Shown in pieces: positions 12,301 to 23,242 of a DNA stretch of 34,085 bases. Under the pieces are notes generated by a model. The model did not search any database. It was given only the letters and a program-made list of their open reading frames with translations, and was not told the DNA's origin. Source of the stretch: Catajapyx aquilonaris. Lineage: Eukaryota. The stretch spans positions 1-34,085 of the forward strand of contig KZ539078.1 in NCBI GenBank assembly GCA_000934665.2, written 5' to 3'. The stretch's first letter is position 1, and each line of letters opens with the position of its first letter. The position numbers were made by a program, and so were the translations under genes.

Positions 12301-13604
12301 TGAATTCACACATGAGGGTGCACACAAGGGAGAAGCCATTCAGTTGCCAGATTTGCAAGAAAAAGTTTAGTATTTCAGGAACTTTGAATAACCACATGAG
12401 GCTTCACACAGGTACGAAGCCATACAGTTGCCAGGTTTGCAAGAAAAAGTTTAGTCTAACAGGATATTTGAATAGGCACGTGAGGTTTGTTCACAAGGGG
12501 GAGAAGCCATTCAGTTGCCAGGTGTGCAAGAAGAAGTTTAGTGTGCCAGGATATTTAAAGGTACACATGAGAACCCACACAGGGGAGAAGCCATTCAGTT
12601 GCGAGGTTTGCAAGAGAAGGTTTAGTGAGTCAGGAAGTTTGAATTCACACATGAGGGTGCACACTGGGGAGAAGCCATACAGTTGCCAGATTTGCAAGAA
12701 AAAATTTAGTGGGCCGGGAAATTTAAAGGTACACATGAGAACCCACACAGGGGAGAAGCCATTCAGTTGCATAATTTGCAAACAAAAGTTTCGTAGATCA
12801 GGTGATTTGAATACACACATGAGAACCCACACAGGGGAGAAGCCATACAGTTGTCAGGTTTGTGAGAGAAAGTTTAGTGCGTCAGGATATTTGAATGCCC
12901 ATATGAGAACCCACACAGGGGAGAAGCCATTCAGTTGCCAGGTTTGCAAGAAAACGTTTAGTCAGTCAGGAAATTTAAATACTCACATGAGAACCCATAC
13001 GGGGGAAAAGCCATTCAGTTGCCAGGTTTGCAAGAAAACGTTTAGTCGCTCAGGAAATTTCAATACTCACATGAGAACCCATACGGGGGACAAGCGATTC
13101 AGTTGCCAGGTTTGCAAGAAGAAGTTTATTGGATCAAGTGATTTGAATAAACACATGAGAACCCACACTGGGGAGAAGCCATTCAGTTGCCAGGTTTGCA
13201 AGAAAACGTTTAGTCGGTCAGGAAATTTCAATACTCACATGAGAACCCATACGGGGGACAAGCCATTCAGTTGCCATGTTTGCAAGAAGAAGTTTAGTGT
13301 GCCAGGATATTTAAAGGCACACATGAGAACCCACACAGGGGAGAAGCCATACAGTTGCATAATTTGCAAACAAAAGTTTAGTGGATCAGGTGATTTGAAT
13401 AAACACATGAGAACCCACACAGGAGTGAAGCCATATAGTTGCCAGGTTTGCAAGAAAACGTTTAGTCAGTCAGGAAATTTCAATACTCACATGAGAACCC
13501 ATACGGGGGAGAAGCCATACAGATGCCAGGTTTGCAAGAAAAAGTTTAGTCAGTCAGGATCTTTGAAACTTCATGTTGTTAGAAAGCACAGAGGAGAACA
13601 GTGA
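374..13604 (+). CDS. Multi-C2H2 zinc-finger protein gene, 3 coding exons: 374-688, 11024-11146, 12099-13604 (~647 aa, 19 fingers)
   Basis: GCCATGG start at 374. Exon 1 has one C2H2 (CTQCPNRVFKRKIDLMAHSFTH) and acidic VKEE segments, and ends CAG|GTGAGA. Exon 2 (ttctcattgcag acceptor) has CDHC...HMLRKH and ends CAG|GTAAAG. Exon 3 (tatttcag acceptor) has 17 fingers with TGEKP-type linkers. All junctions are phase 0 and in frame. Linking exon 1 across the 10.3-kb intron is inference. Confidence 0.7.
1566..1746. repeat. Degenerate MITE-like segment with small internal hairpins
   Basis: Weak ends ggggtggattcatcaaa / ttttgtgaaatggcc; hairpins gtaaccatagtta/taactatggttac and ttatatttattattgccaa/ttggcagcaataaatataa. 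Confidence 0.35.
1780..2285 (+). repeat. Left terminal inverted repeat (interrupted by a 222-bp MITE)
   Basis: For example, aggggtaatagaggggaccaagacaa...tgtccggaaacgccatctagagggggttcatagacaagg matches the reverse complement of 10577-10663. Confidence 0.9.
1939..2160. mobile_element. Palindromic MITE inserted in the left TIR
   Basis: GAGCGGACCGTTTAGTTGCTAGGTGG...CCACCTAGCAACTAAACGGTCTGCTC with long arms; direct repeat GTTAGC at 1933-1938 and 2161-2166; absent from the right TIR. Confidence 0.85.
3250..3770 (+). repeat. Degenerate AT-rich tandem repeat, ~190-bp period, ~3 copies
   Basis: Recurring motif ...aaaatt(t/a)at(a)t(t)ctc(g/a)a...(gc/at)cattt...aaag(a/t)...(t/a)aaaa..cgg(t/c)ata starting near 3260, 3445 and 3633. 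Confidence 0.55.
4002..4862. mobile_element. Foldback/MITE-like insertion with ~180-bp inverted arms, bounded by poly-G/poly-C tracts and assembly gaps
   Basis: 4032-4179 is the reverse complement of 4651-4798 (gctgtttctccgcaactaat / attagttgcggagaaacagc). The G-run near 4020 mirrors the C-run near 4830. The true ends are obscured by Ns. Confidence 0.65.
4920..7918 (+). CDS. Mutator/MULE-family DDE transposase with SWIM zinc finger; exons 4920-5149, 5345-5859, 5942-6225, 6320-6505, 6680-7423, 7511-7918 (~788 aa)
   Basis: All introns are GT-AG with matching phases (2,1,0,0,0). Motifs: WLCQH...CP...HSH (WRKY/FAR1-like DNA-binding domain), IFID (D1), FMTD (D2), LCHFH (CxxH), HNTNNFAE (E), CTCPSGAQGAFCKH (SWIM), and a basic C-terminus. 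The start codon is uncertain. Confidence 0.9.
9141..9301. repeat. Near-perfect ~160-bp hairpin (MITE-like)
   Basis: tctgaatacagaat...ggggaaacagtcattgg|g|ccaatgactgtttcccc...attctgtattcaga. Confidence 0.8.
9601..9857. mobile_element. Palindromic MITE with ATAT target-site duplication (Sola1-like, tentative)
   Basis: CGAGGGTGATAGCTCAGAAGGGCGTAT...ATACGCCCTTCTGAGCTATCACCCTCG; ATAT at 9597-9600 and 9858-9861. Confidence 0.85.
10422..10696 (-). repeat. Right terminal inverted repeat (~275 bp)
   Basis: Reverse complement of the left TIR; nearly identical internally and divergent at terminal positions ~9-33. Confidence 0.9.
12099..13604 (+). CDS. Terminal exon with 17 tandem Kruppel-type C2H2 zinc fingers
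   Basis: ORF 12042-13604 with repeated CxxC-12x-HxxxH and HTGEKP[FY] linkers; polypyrimidine-AG acceptor ends at 12098. Confidence 0.95.
   Translation, partial: GNGAEGNIQNGTRQDMHKGRHFGRKVCHICKRKFSRWSHLQNHMRTHTGEKPYSCKVCEKKFSLSGSLNSHMRVHTREKPFSCQICKKKFSISGTLNNHMRLHTGTKPYSCQVCKKKFSLTGYLNRHVRFVHKGEKPFSCQVCKKKFSVPGYLKVHMRTHTGEKPFSCEVCKRRFSESGSLNSHMRVHTGEKPYSCQICKKKFSGPGNLKVHMRTHTGEKPFSCIICKQKFRRSGDLNTHMRTHTGEKPYSCQVCERKFSASGYLNAHMRTHTGEKPFSCQVCKKTFSQSGNLNTHMRTHTGEKPFSCQVCKKTFSRSGNFNTHMRTHTGDKRFSCQVCKKKFIGSSDLNKHMRTHTGEKPFSCQVCKKTFSRSGNFNTHMRTHTGDKPFSCHVCKKKFSVPGYLKAHMRTHTGEKPYSCIICKQKFSGSGDLNKHMRTHTGVKPYSCQVCKKTFSQSGNFNTHMRTHTGEKPYRCQVCKKKFSQSGSLKLHVVRKHRGEQ
12177..13589 (+). repeat. 84-bp coding minisatellite (zinc-finger array, 17 units)
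   Basis: Near-identical recurring DNA cacatgagaacccacacaggggagaagccattcagttgccaggtttgcaagaa at ~84-bp spacing. Confidence 0.9.
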
Positions 13605-13612
13605 TATTTCGT

Positions 13613-13872
13613 CAAGGGTGATAGATCAAAAGGGCGCATGAACCAGAAAGTGAATTTTACAACAGAGGAAAAAAACGTTTCATAAATCAAATATTCATTA
13701 TAATTATGTAACTTTTTGTGCATCACACACACGTTCCAATGCAGATAAGGTGTCATTGCAGATTTTCAGGTTGCTGAGTTTTAAAGGTCAAATATGGTAA
13801 ATGCCAACGTGTAAAAAAAAAAAACACTTTTGGTAAAAATGGTTCATACGCCCTTCTGATCTATCACCCTCG
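13613..13872. mobile_element. Older relative of the 9601-9857 MITE, in the ZNF 3' UTR
   Basis: CAAGGGTGATAGATCAAAAGGGCGCATG...CATACGCCCTTCTGATCTATCACCCTCG; shares the internal cacacacacgtt(t/c)caatgcagataag. Confidence 0.8.
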
Positions 13873-15255
13873 ACATGTCCTGCATTAGTTATAGACTGCA
13901 TGAGGTGTGAGGAATCCCGAACAGGAGAAGCGAACTGAGTTACCAGTCATCCCGTAATTGGTTTCATGTGAACATACGAAGTGTAGAATAGACCCCAACT
14001 TTGTACTCATCAAGGAAAATGTAAGCATTTTATGCTGATCTGTGGGAATCGGGGATGTGATTAGGTATACAATGAATGTGAGAGAATCCTTGTCAGTTGT
14101 GCCTCTCGTCTCCCCAGCTATCACCTGCCTATGGACACATAGATACCTTGTTCACTACAGTAGTTGGTTTTTTTCTGAACTGTTCAGGGGGCATATTTGA
14201 TGGATGTGTGGCATGTATGTATGCATTGGGGGATATGGGGAAAGGAAAAGAGGAGCGTAGGAACTGAGTGAGGATTGAATGACCAAGTGTGTGCAATTTG
14301 ATCTGTGCAATTCAGTATCACGCTAGGGGAGAGTCTTGGGCAATTATTGTCCATTTAACATAATTGTACCTGGTATAGTAATATTGAATAAAGCATTTGC
14401 AGGTAGAAACGCTTGTCTGTTTTGAGGCTCAGGTTTTAAAAGTCAGGTTTAAGTTGTCAAGGAGCTCCTTGACTTTTTTGGTCAGCCAGATGGAGTGAAG
14501 AAGAGCCACGAGAAAAGGAAGACCAAACTCAGCGGGTATGATGACAGTGCCATTTCCTACCAGAAGGAGGAAGTCATCACCAATAAGCCAAGCAGAATTA
14601 GCAAATCCCAAAAATTTCAAAATGTAGGAGGGTAAGAAGAGTTAGTTTGGTTGTGAGTATGTTGTATAATTCCAGTGTAGTTTTATTGTTAGCTTTTTAC
14701 CTGGGCGGGGTCAAAGTTGATTAGATAGATTCTGTCAATTGGTTTGACATGAGACAAGTCTAATTAGGCTTGGCCGCAACAGAAAAGTGATGAGCCGATG
14801 TTGATTAAGGCTTATATGCATTAATATGCATGGCAAGTAAAAATTCACCACGACCTTATCATTTGTCGGCAAACGATGATTTTCATATCACTAGAATTCT
14901 CTTGATCGTGCCCATCGATTGATATATAAATCGCAGAAATCTGTCCAGCCCCACATAGAGAAAGAAATTGATGAAATTTGTGTGAAATTTGTGAATTTTC
15001 TAAAATTCAGATTTATATATTTCCAAGACTACTTCACCAGAGCTGACATATTTTACAGGCAGATGTATATACTACCATAAGTGCTACTGCCCAAATGTAA
15101 AGCAGATAGCACAAATATTTGGTGATTTACGGTCATCCGAAATATAGAGTAAATTGATGTTGTGCGTTTTATTTTTTTATAATTTAAAATCAAGCATTCG
15201 ATGAAATTTTATTTCACCATAAAATTCTCGTTCATTACCTTTCATTTGATATATA

Positions 15256-15507
15256 CAGGGTGGACCAACTTCAAGTGTCGTTTTATAACGGCGATTAAAA
15301 GCAGTGATTTTGCGATGACGCAGCAGCGACGTGTAAAACGGCCCACTTCGGCTCCATCGAAAATATTAGCTGCACACTGTGCAACCACATGCAGCTAATA
15401 TTTTCGATGGCGTCGAATGGGCTACTTTACACTTCGCTGCTACGTCAATCGTTAAGCGCTTCTATTTTAAGCCGTTATAAAACGACACTTGAAGTTGGTC
15501 CACCCTG
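15256..15507. mobile_element. Tc1/mariner-type MITE, TA target-site duplication
   Basis: 37-bp perfect TIR CAGGGTGGACCAACTTCAAGTGTCGTTTTATAACGGC, palindromic interior, TA on both sides. Confidence 0.9.
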
Positions 15508-15907
15508 TATATCATGTAGGTATACAATGTAATGGTTTAACAATTGAATGTATGTCGGTGTGTGTACAGTACATTGTTGAGATTGTCATGCTTATATCTC
15601 GGTGAAATATAACTCCAGGAGTGTACAATTTTGGATTTGGAATTAAGTTCTGTATGGCTACACACGTATTTATTTTTTTACAAATCGAAAGGGGTCTAGC
15701 TGCTAATTTTCTGAAAATTTACTGAATTGACATGGAATGACCCATATCTGATTGTTTCTATTTAAAAAAAAAAGAAAAAAAGAAGAAGAAACGTTAATAG
15801 GTGAGAAGAAATAAAATGCAATAAAGATGGTCAGTGATTACCACCAATGTTACAACCTCGGTTACAACATTTCGGCTTAAGTCTTCAGAACAACACATGT
15901 TATGAGG

Positions 15908-16245
15908 GAGGCGGAATGGCGCTGCGGTAACGTATGCGCCCACGGATGTTAAGGTCCCGGGTTCGATCCCAGCCCGGGATTCCCCTCTTCATCTCGTGCA
16001 GCGTTTAGCGCCATATCTGACATCGTCTTGGGTGGGATTCCGATAGACTAACCACCCGGGGGAGTTCACAAAATGACCACATAATTATGTCAATGCACTT
16101 GACATTGCACATTCCCGTGGGCCCAGGCGCTGCATAAAAAGGCACCCATATGTACTTGGACAAATAAAGGTCCTTCCTGTATACCTTAGGGTCAAGCACT
16201 GCCCGATTATTATTATTATTATTAATTATTATTATTATTACTATT
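15908..16245 (+). mobile_element. tRNA-derived SINE
   Basis: Pol III A-box TGGCGCTGCGG (15917-15927), B-box GGTTCGATCCC (15960-15970), ~230-bp body and (TTA)n tail from ~16207. Confidence 0.8.
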
Positions 16246-16607
16246 ATACTATTAACAGCACATGTTATGAATATTCCCCATAATGCCATTTTGTTCACAG
16301 CAGTGTGACTAGATTATGCCACATACAGTGCATTGTTTGATTTTAGAAGCATAAATGACGGACAGAAATTGGGAAGTCAGTGACATGACCATGGACCTTG
16401 TGAGTGTGACTGATGGGAAAAATATCAAAATATTCGTGGAAATTGTTCCCTATGCGACATAATGCAGTATTCGAAAAAGTGAAGCTTTTGGTACATACAA
16501 AATAATATTCCACGTGTTATTTGGGTGCTAATAAAAGAGAATGCGCTTGAGGTTATTTATGCATGCAAGTTGATTACAACAAAGAAAACAGAAAATGTGC
16601 ATTTTAA

Positions 16608-19600
16608 TTAGAAGCACTGGAATGCAAATCCAATCAAGAGGAGAGGCCATTGAAGGGTCCCGGAGAGAGCCCCTGAAAATAAAATATTGAACCAAATAGT
16701 AGGAAATATCCGTAACTGACAATATTGCGGCTCATTACCTGCCGATCTGTTGTTCGTCTGAATGTGAAATTGCTGCGACGGGGATTCAGATCTACCTCCT
16801 GAATTCTGAGCGTCTGCAGTGCAAAAATATTTGGTTCCAGGCTGCAGAGAACCTATCCAGCAGTTTGACCTGTGACCTGGAGGCATGTTGGCTTTGCATG
16901 ACCTTGAAATCTGACCATGTCCAGCAGCTGGTTGGGTCGAGCAGGTCACGACCATGTCAGGGTCACCACACAAGCTGCTTTTGGAAACATCAGGTTGAAC
17001 CCATGTGACATCCACTGCAGTGCTTGATGCATTGTCCTGTTCAATTGCGTCGAGGATTCTAGGAGGTGCTGCATTTTGGAATAATTCAATAAGGGGTTTT
17101 AATTATAGGGATAACAATTACCAGTTGGACTTGTTTGGACAGCGACTGTCGTGTTGGCGGTTTCCCAGCCATTTTCGGTGATTCCGTAGACTATGATGTT
17201 GTAAAGGCCGCATGCTTTCAGGCCGTTCACAGTCAGCGTCTCGCGAATTGTGTCGTATTCGAAGGTAGGATCACCTTCGTCAGCTACAACTGTCACCCTG
17301 TACCGTGACACGCACCTTGGTGCTTCATCAGGAGAATCCCATTTTAAATAGGCCGAATTGGCTGTGGCATCGACGTGCACTTTTTTGGGCCTGCCCGGAA
17401 CTATACAGGAGAATGAAAATAATGCATTGTGTTTGAAGCAACTTCGGTAGCGTACGTGAACATGATTGCAGTACCTATTTCTTCAGTTCTTGCACTAATG
17501 GAACTGATCTGACCCACATGATGCGGTGTGACTCCTGAGACTGTGATACTGTACGTAGTGCATGGCTCCAGACCTGTCATGGTACATTCGTTTACAGAGT
17601 CCTTACCGGTGCTTTTGGAATGAGTGGTTCCGTTTTCGGACACAAATGAGACTTGGTACCTAGACACACAAGCCAGGGCTGTGGCAGGGTAGTCCCAGGT
17701 GACCTTTATGGAGGAGGAGGTCACTTGAACCGCCCTGAAATCCGGCGGTGGACCAGGTGCTGCAAGTAGAGTTGCGATCAAAGACTCCGAACTTATTCAG
17801 TGCACCATCTTGCCTTACCATCCTCCTCAGTACTTGAAAAGTGGTACACGCATTTGTTGTAAGACTGATTGTTGTACTGAGTGCAGACGGCAAGTGTGTA
17901 GTCAGTGCAAGGCTCCAGGCCGTATATGCCTTGAGCGTACCACTGTCCACCTTGAGATGCATTGTAGTATTTTGTCACCATTTGGTCGTGCCCCAAAAGG
18001 TGAGCTGATGAGTAGACAGCCTGCAATCCTGCAGTGCACACTGGATAAGTGAAGTTCATGATGGCAAAAGATGGTCCGACAGTGACATTTAAATGCGTCG
18101 CCATCAAATCGTCATCTGCAATAATTCGCATCGTCAATGGTGTAGTTAGTGTTAGACAGTGTTTACAGCAGCTTTGGCACTCTACCTGTCGCCATTACTC
18201 CTTCGACAGTGACTTGGGCCGTTGGTCCTTTACGACCGTGTGAGGTCACAGCCCAAACTTGTAGCACATATTTGCGGCACACATGCAAGTCGGTCAGGGT
18301 TACACTTGTAAAGTTGGTTTCGATTTGTTCCTTGTTATCATCAGAAAATCCGTAAGAAACGACGTAATAATTGGCACAGACTTCCATATGATTCGGGTAG
18401 CTCCAAGACACTTGCAACGTGTGGGGTTGGTTTGATTCTGCCGTCAGATGAAGCGGTTTGCTGAAAGCTAAGAAAAACAACGCGATGGCATTTTAAAAAT
18501 ATTAGACTATTGCATAAGAATGTACAGACTATGCGGTGCATTCATTTAGAAGGAATATGACTTGGTACAGAGCTAAGGAAAGTGATTCTAATACAACGAT
18601 AGACGTACTTGTTTCACCCGTGACTGTGGCTGCAGGAGCATTGGGATAGTCATCATACGAAGCTGTTACGCTGAAATTGTACAAAGTGCAAGCTTCCAAT
18701 CCCTTCATTTGATACTCGCATGACGCTTCATTGCAAGTTACGGTGTGTTCCTGTCCGTCTGAGGCCTTCAGCACATAAAAGTTGAAGTCCGAGTTGTTGC
18801 AAACTTGTGCGACCCATTGCAGAATAGCGTCGTAAAATCCAGTGTGGACCTGCAATTTGCTCACCGTGTGCTCAGTTTCTGAAAAAAGATTTAGTTTCAT
18901 GACAAAATAAATCATAAACGACGTTATTGTATATCACTGTCTAACCATTTCCCATAACCGGTCCATTATTAAAACTGGCATGATTGGTGCTGTTTTGACC
19001 GTCGATTGTCACTGCCCATACTCTGACGTCGTAATCCTTACAACCTTGTAGGTCCTTCAGAACCATACTCATTTGAGTAGTTGTTACAATCTTGGAGAGC
19101 TCGCGTTTATTGGATGGTCCGTACCAGACGACGTAATGATTTGCACACTGAGGATATGTTAGAGGCTTGCTCCAATTCAGGGATAGAGTGTGTGGGTTGT
19201 ACGAACCGGATCTCAAATGAATGGGTTTGCTTGGAACTGCAGCAATTCAAGTAATTGATGTAATGGAACATAATGCGGAATATTAAACGTAGGACCAGTA
19301 TGAAACTCACCTGAAGGCTCGGTTCTGATGACATTACTGAGGTCTGACTTGTTCTGGAACTCGCTCCGTCCTTGAAGTTTCACTGACACTTTGAACGTGT
19401 AATTTGTGCAAGGTTCGAGTGCCAGGCAAACAGGGGAGGAACATATTGCTGTGAAAGTGCTGCTGTCCACTGAACAGACATCGTTTGTGACGTTCATTTC
19501 ACAGTGATTGTTGTCACTAGCGTATATTCTTACGGATTCTATCAGCCCTCCGCACTGACTGAAATTCCAGTCTAAGAATGCGTTGAAAGGACCATTTGCA

Positions 19601-22600
19601 GTGGCGGAGACGTCTGTAATAACTTTTTCGGAATCTGTACAAACATAATTGCTATGATCAGAAAATTAGCACTCATCAGCATCCATGTTATAGTTGAATT
19701 GTTTATTTTGAAAATATGCTCTGCTCAGGACCGGTTGCACCTTTGAAGCTAGATAGTTTTCTTTTCTTATGCTGTATACTAAAAGTATACTGACAGTGAG
19801 TATACGTATTCTAAGCTACTATTTAAATGTTCAAGGGTAAAGGTTTCATGGCTGTACGATAGTAAAAATATAATACATGTGAGACCTGCATTGTTTTTAC
19901 TCTCACACGTACTCATGCTCGTGGTGAAGGTGGTGTTGCTGTATACTCCAGCCTTTCCCTTTGGTGTGACCGCCCCAACACGAACGACATATTCGACGCA
20001 AGGCAGCACGTCTTCCGTAAAAGTCGTGTCTCTCGTGTGGTTTTTGTTGGTCCATTTTTGGCTTGTGATTGGCTTCATCTGCACGTAATATCCTGCAACG
20101 CAATCGGGGTTTTTCAGCGGAGGAAACCACGATATTTCCACCTTGTTGTTTGGTAGCTCTTGAATTGTAATAAGCAGTGGTGCGCTGGGGGCTGAGAAAG
20201 GGATTCGACTTGTTAAAATACGCTGTGAAGTATTTACACCAGTAACATTCCTGAAGCACATGCATGGGAAAGGCAGCACTCACGTTCTTCTGCGATTGTG
20301 ACAGGTCCAACAGTGTCTTCTCCCAATAGACATTCATCCGACCATAACTGAACAGTCACATTGTACTGCTTGCATGGAGTGAGGAGTCTAGTGGTGGAGT
20401 AAACGCATATGCCGCTACTTGTGTGGCAAACAGCAGCAAAATCTTCATCCTCAGTGAGTCTTTCCTTGTAGCCCGTTAATAGAGTTCTGAGACCCCTGGC
20501 AGTCTTCATAGCGCCGTTTCCAATATCGAATTGAATCTCAATCGTCTTGAGGCTTGTGGACTTGGCAGTCAAATTCACGATGGCATCTGAAAATTCGCTT
20601 TCCATTAATACAACAATGTTCGATAATAACAATATAATTTCTTACCATCATCACAGTATGATGCTGTAGCAGGTAGGTCGACTGAGGCCTCATTTCCGTA
20701 ATTCCTGGAGTCATTGTAAGATATGCTGACGCTGAGGGTGTAATCAAGGCACTTGTCCAGCGGGTGACAAAAATTAATACTGCAGGAAGTGTCGTCACAT
20801 GCATCGGCGTTGCTTGTGTAGCAAGTTAGCTTGCTCGTGTTTGAAGCCTTTGGAATTGCAGAAAGCATGTATTCTGACACATAAACCTGGTTACATGAAG
20901 GCAGAGTCCAGTTAAAGCTAACACTTCTTTCCTCCTCGTCATCGTCATCCTCATCATCACTTGATATATGCAGGTTGCCGACTGTGTCATTAAGACCTGC
21001 GAACAACGCAACATAAATGCAATCTAAAACGCTATTTCATAAGGTAAATTTAATCTGGCGGATTATTTCCTTTCTGCGCGCACCTAGGGAGTGTGCCCAT
21101 CCCTGGACAGTGTTCGACCAATCTCCGGTGACATTGTCGAACGTGGCCATTGCAACACGGAAGTCAAACAGTGAGCATGCAGGCACTGTCATCAAGGTCA
21201 CAGAAGTGTCGGTGACTCTCATTTCGAAGCTGGTCCACTCGTTCTCTAAATAATGTTCCTTGCATTCCACCCTGTACCAAGTGGGACAGGTGTCGTTTTC
21301 CCACGAGATTTGCACCAAGTTGGGGGCGGGATGGTCACTTATCCTCAAGCCTTTCACCACATCTGAGTCATAGAGAAGAGTTTATGTTATCTACTTGTGT
21401 AACACTCGTAGAGGTTTTGGGTTTGATTCCACAAGTCATATTTGGCTCCAGAGTCTCACTTAAAAATGAATAATTGTCTGTATAAACTGAAGGAACTTTC
21501 ACACTATATTGGGACAGACACGCTCGAGACGTCTCCAATCACTTTATTATTTTAAAGTGTTGGTTAGTGTAAATCATATACGAATGAAGAGTATGGCCAA
21601 GCCAGATTAATGCGGTATATTAAGTGGAGTAACTATTGCACATTGATTGATACGACATGATACTCACTCACCTGGGCATTCTTTCGGTAAACTTGCACGG
21701 ATCGGTTGGTCAGACTTGGGCTGTGACGAGATTAAGAGGAGGTGATTGACTGGTTTCTTATGCGGGGAGGTAGCTAATTGAAATACAGCATGATTGTGAC
21801 TCATTTTACAAAGAGTTTGTTTTATAGTGTTACAAATATTGCAGCGTGCTGAATTAATCCGAGAATATTATTGTGTGGTCCCGTCGCATTGTTTTCAACA
21901 TTATATGTCCTATGTAACAATGACCTGTTCAGTATCATGCACTCACCTGTGCAGATGATCCTATGATACTGCCTAAGATTATAACAATTCGCAAATTGCA
22001 ACCAGTCAGGGAAATCGAATTCATCCTTTGTAAGCAGCAGGAACTTCCGACACCAGCAAGTGTACGTCTCCGTCTACTGTCACTCGGTGGATGCCATATC
22101 TTTGACTCATCATATAGAACATATCAAGCCTAAGCGTACGTCTTGCAGGGCCACAACGAAGGTGTCATTTTTCCTGTTTACTTGCAATATTGTGATTACG
22201 CCTATCAACCATGACGCACAAATAAAGGCAGGTTCTTATGAATAGTCCTAGATAATTATGTTCCCATTATCTGCGCATCAGATTGCTTTAGGGCACGTCC
22301 TGGGGGTCGTTTGCATCTCATATTGCATCTCATACAAATGCAGATTGTGTTCTATCCAGTAAGATTTCTTGACAGAAAGAACAGAAAACTATAGAAATAT
22401 TTGCTCACCGATGAAAATGCAATTTGCTATGGAACAGCATGAATTATGGCATGATATAAATTAGAAAAATCACGGCATCACGTTAATATTGAGCAGGGAC
22501 TGATATGGCAAGAGAGACACTCACCTGGGCATTCTTTTGGTGAACTTGCACCGATCCGTTGGCCAGATGTGGGCTGTGAAGAGATTTAGGGGGGTGGGGC

Positions 22601-22895
22601 CGTTGTCTGGTTTCTTATGTGGGAATATCGATAATTAAATATCGATTTACTCATTTTACAAAATGTTTGTTTCATCTTAGTAAAACAAATTGGAAACTTT
22701 CAAAAGCAATTTGCTGAATTACTCGGGGAATTGATTGGTCCCGGCTTATAATCAGCAATATATCTGCCCTGTGTAACAAAAAAGCTTTTCAGTATAATTA
22801 TACCACTCACCTGTGCACTGTCCAGATGAACCTATGATACTGACTAATATGATAAAAATTCCCAACGTGCTGCCAGTCAGTGAAAGCGAATTCAT
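16608..22895 (-). CDS. FN3-repeat cell-surface protein A (signal peptide, 12 FN3, GPI-like tail; ~1273 aa)
   Basis: Exons: 22895-22811 (MNSLSLTGSTLGIFIILVSIIGSSGQCT), 21773-21672, 21362-21084, 20996-20646, 20586-20284, 20191-19913, 19634-19311, 19236-18946, 18878-18609, 18467-18186, 18115-17819, 17759-17475, 17400-17122, 17068-16739, 16672-16608 (GALSGTLQWPLLLIGFAFQCF*). All internal exons are phase 1-1 with lengths divisible by 3. FN3 motifs W..P, Y.V and L.PC..Y are present. Confidence 0.85.
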
Positions 22896-23242
22896 CTTTT
22901 GGTCACAGCAGGAGCCTCTGATACTATAGCAAGAGTAGAAAAAAAGACCTGGGGATGTTACTTATCTTGATACAACAAAGCTGTATTAAATGGCACATTA
23001 AGCCTATAGTCATACTTCTTGCAGGGCCACAGCCAAGGTGTAATTTTCCTGTTTACTTGCTATTGCGATTACGCCTATCAACCTTGACGTACAAGTAATA
23101 TAAGATGTTATTATAAATATAGATATGTTTCGCAGTATAATCGCTTTAGGGCAGGACGTAAGGGTCATTACTACTCGTGTTAAGACCATTTTTTAAACAT
23201 AAATAAGTGTCTCATCCAGTAAGGATTCTTGACAGAAAGAAG
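21662..23242 (-). repeat. Tandem duplication (~860-bp period) of the promoter + exon 1 + exon 2 region of FN3 gene A
   Basis: 21662-22382 aligns with 22515-23242 (actcacctgggcattcttt; tcttgcagggccaca; atccagtaag..ttcttgacagaaaga). Confidence 0.85.

Noticed and set aside
12491..13453. Antisense repetitive ORFs and a CRISPR-like periodicity
   Set aside because: These are the shadow of the coding zinc-finger repeat; there are no unique spacers or cas genes, and the context is eukaryotic.
14433..14632. Possible extra + strand exon (ends G|GTAAG)
   Set aside because: It lies downstream of the ZNF stop and an AATAAA (14387), with no recognisable protein or partner exon.
15908..15985. tRNA gene
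   Set aside because: A and B boxes are present, but I could not fold a convincing acceptor stem, and it continues into a body with a (TTA)n tail, so a SINE is the better call.
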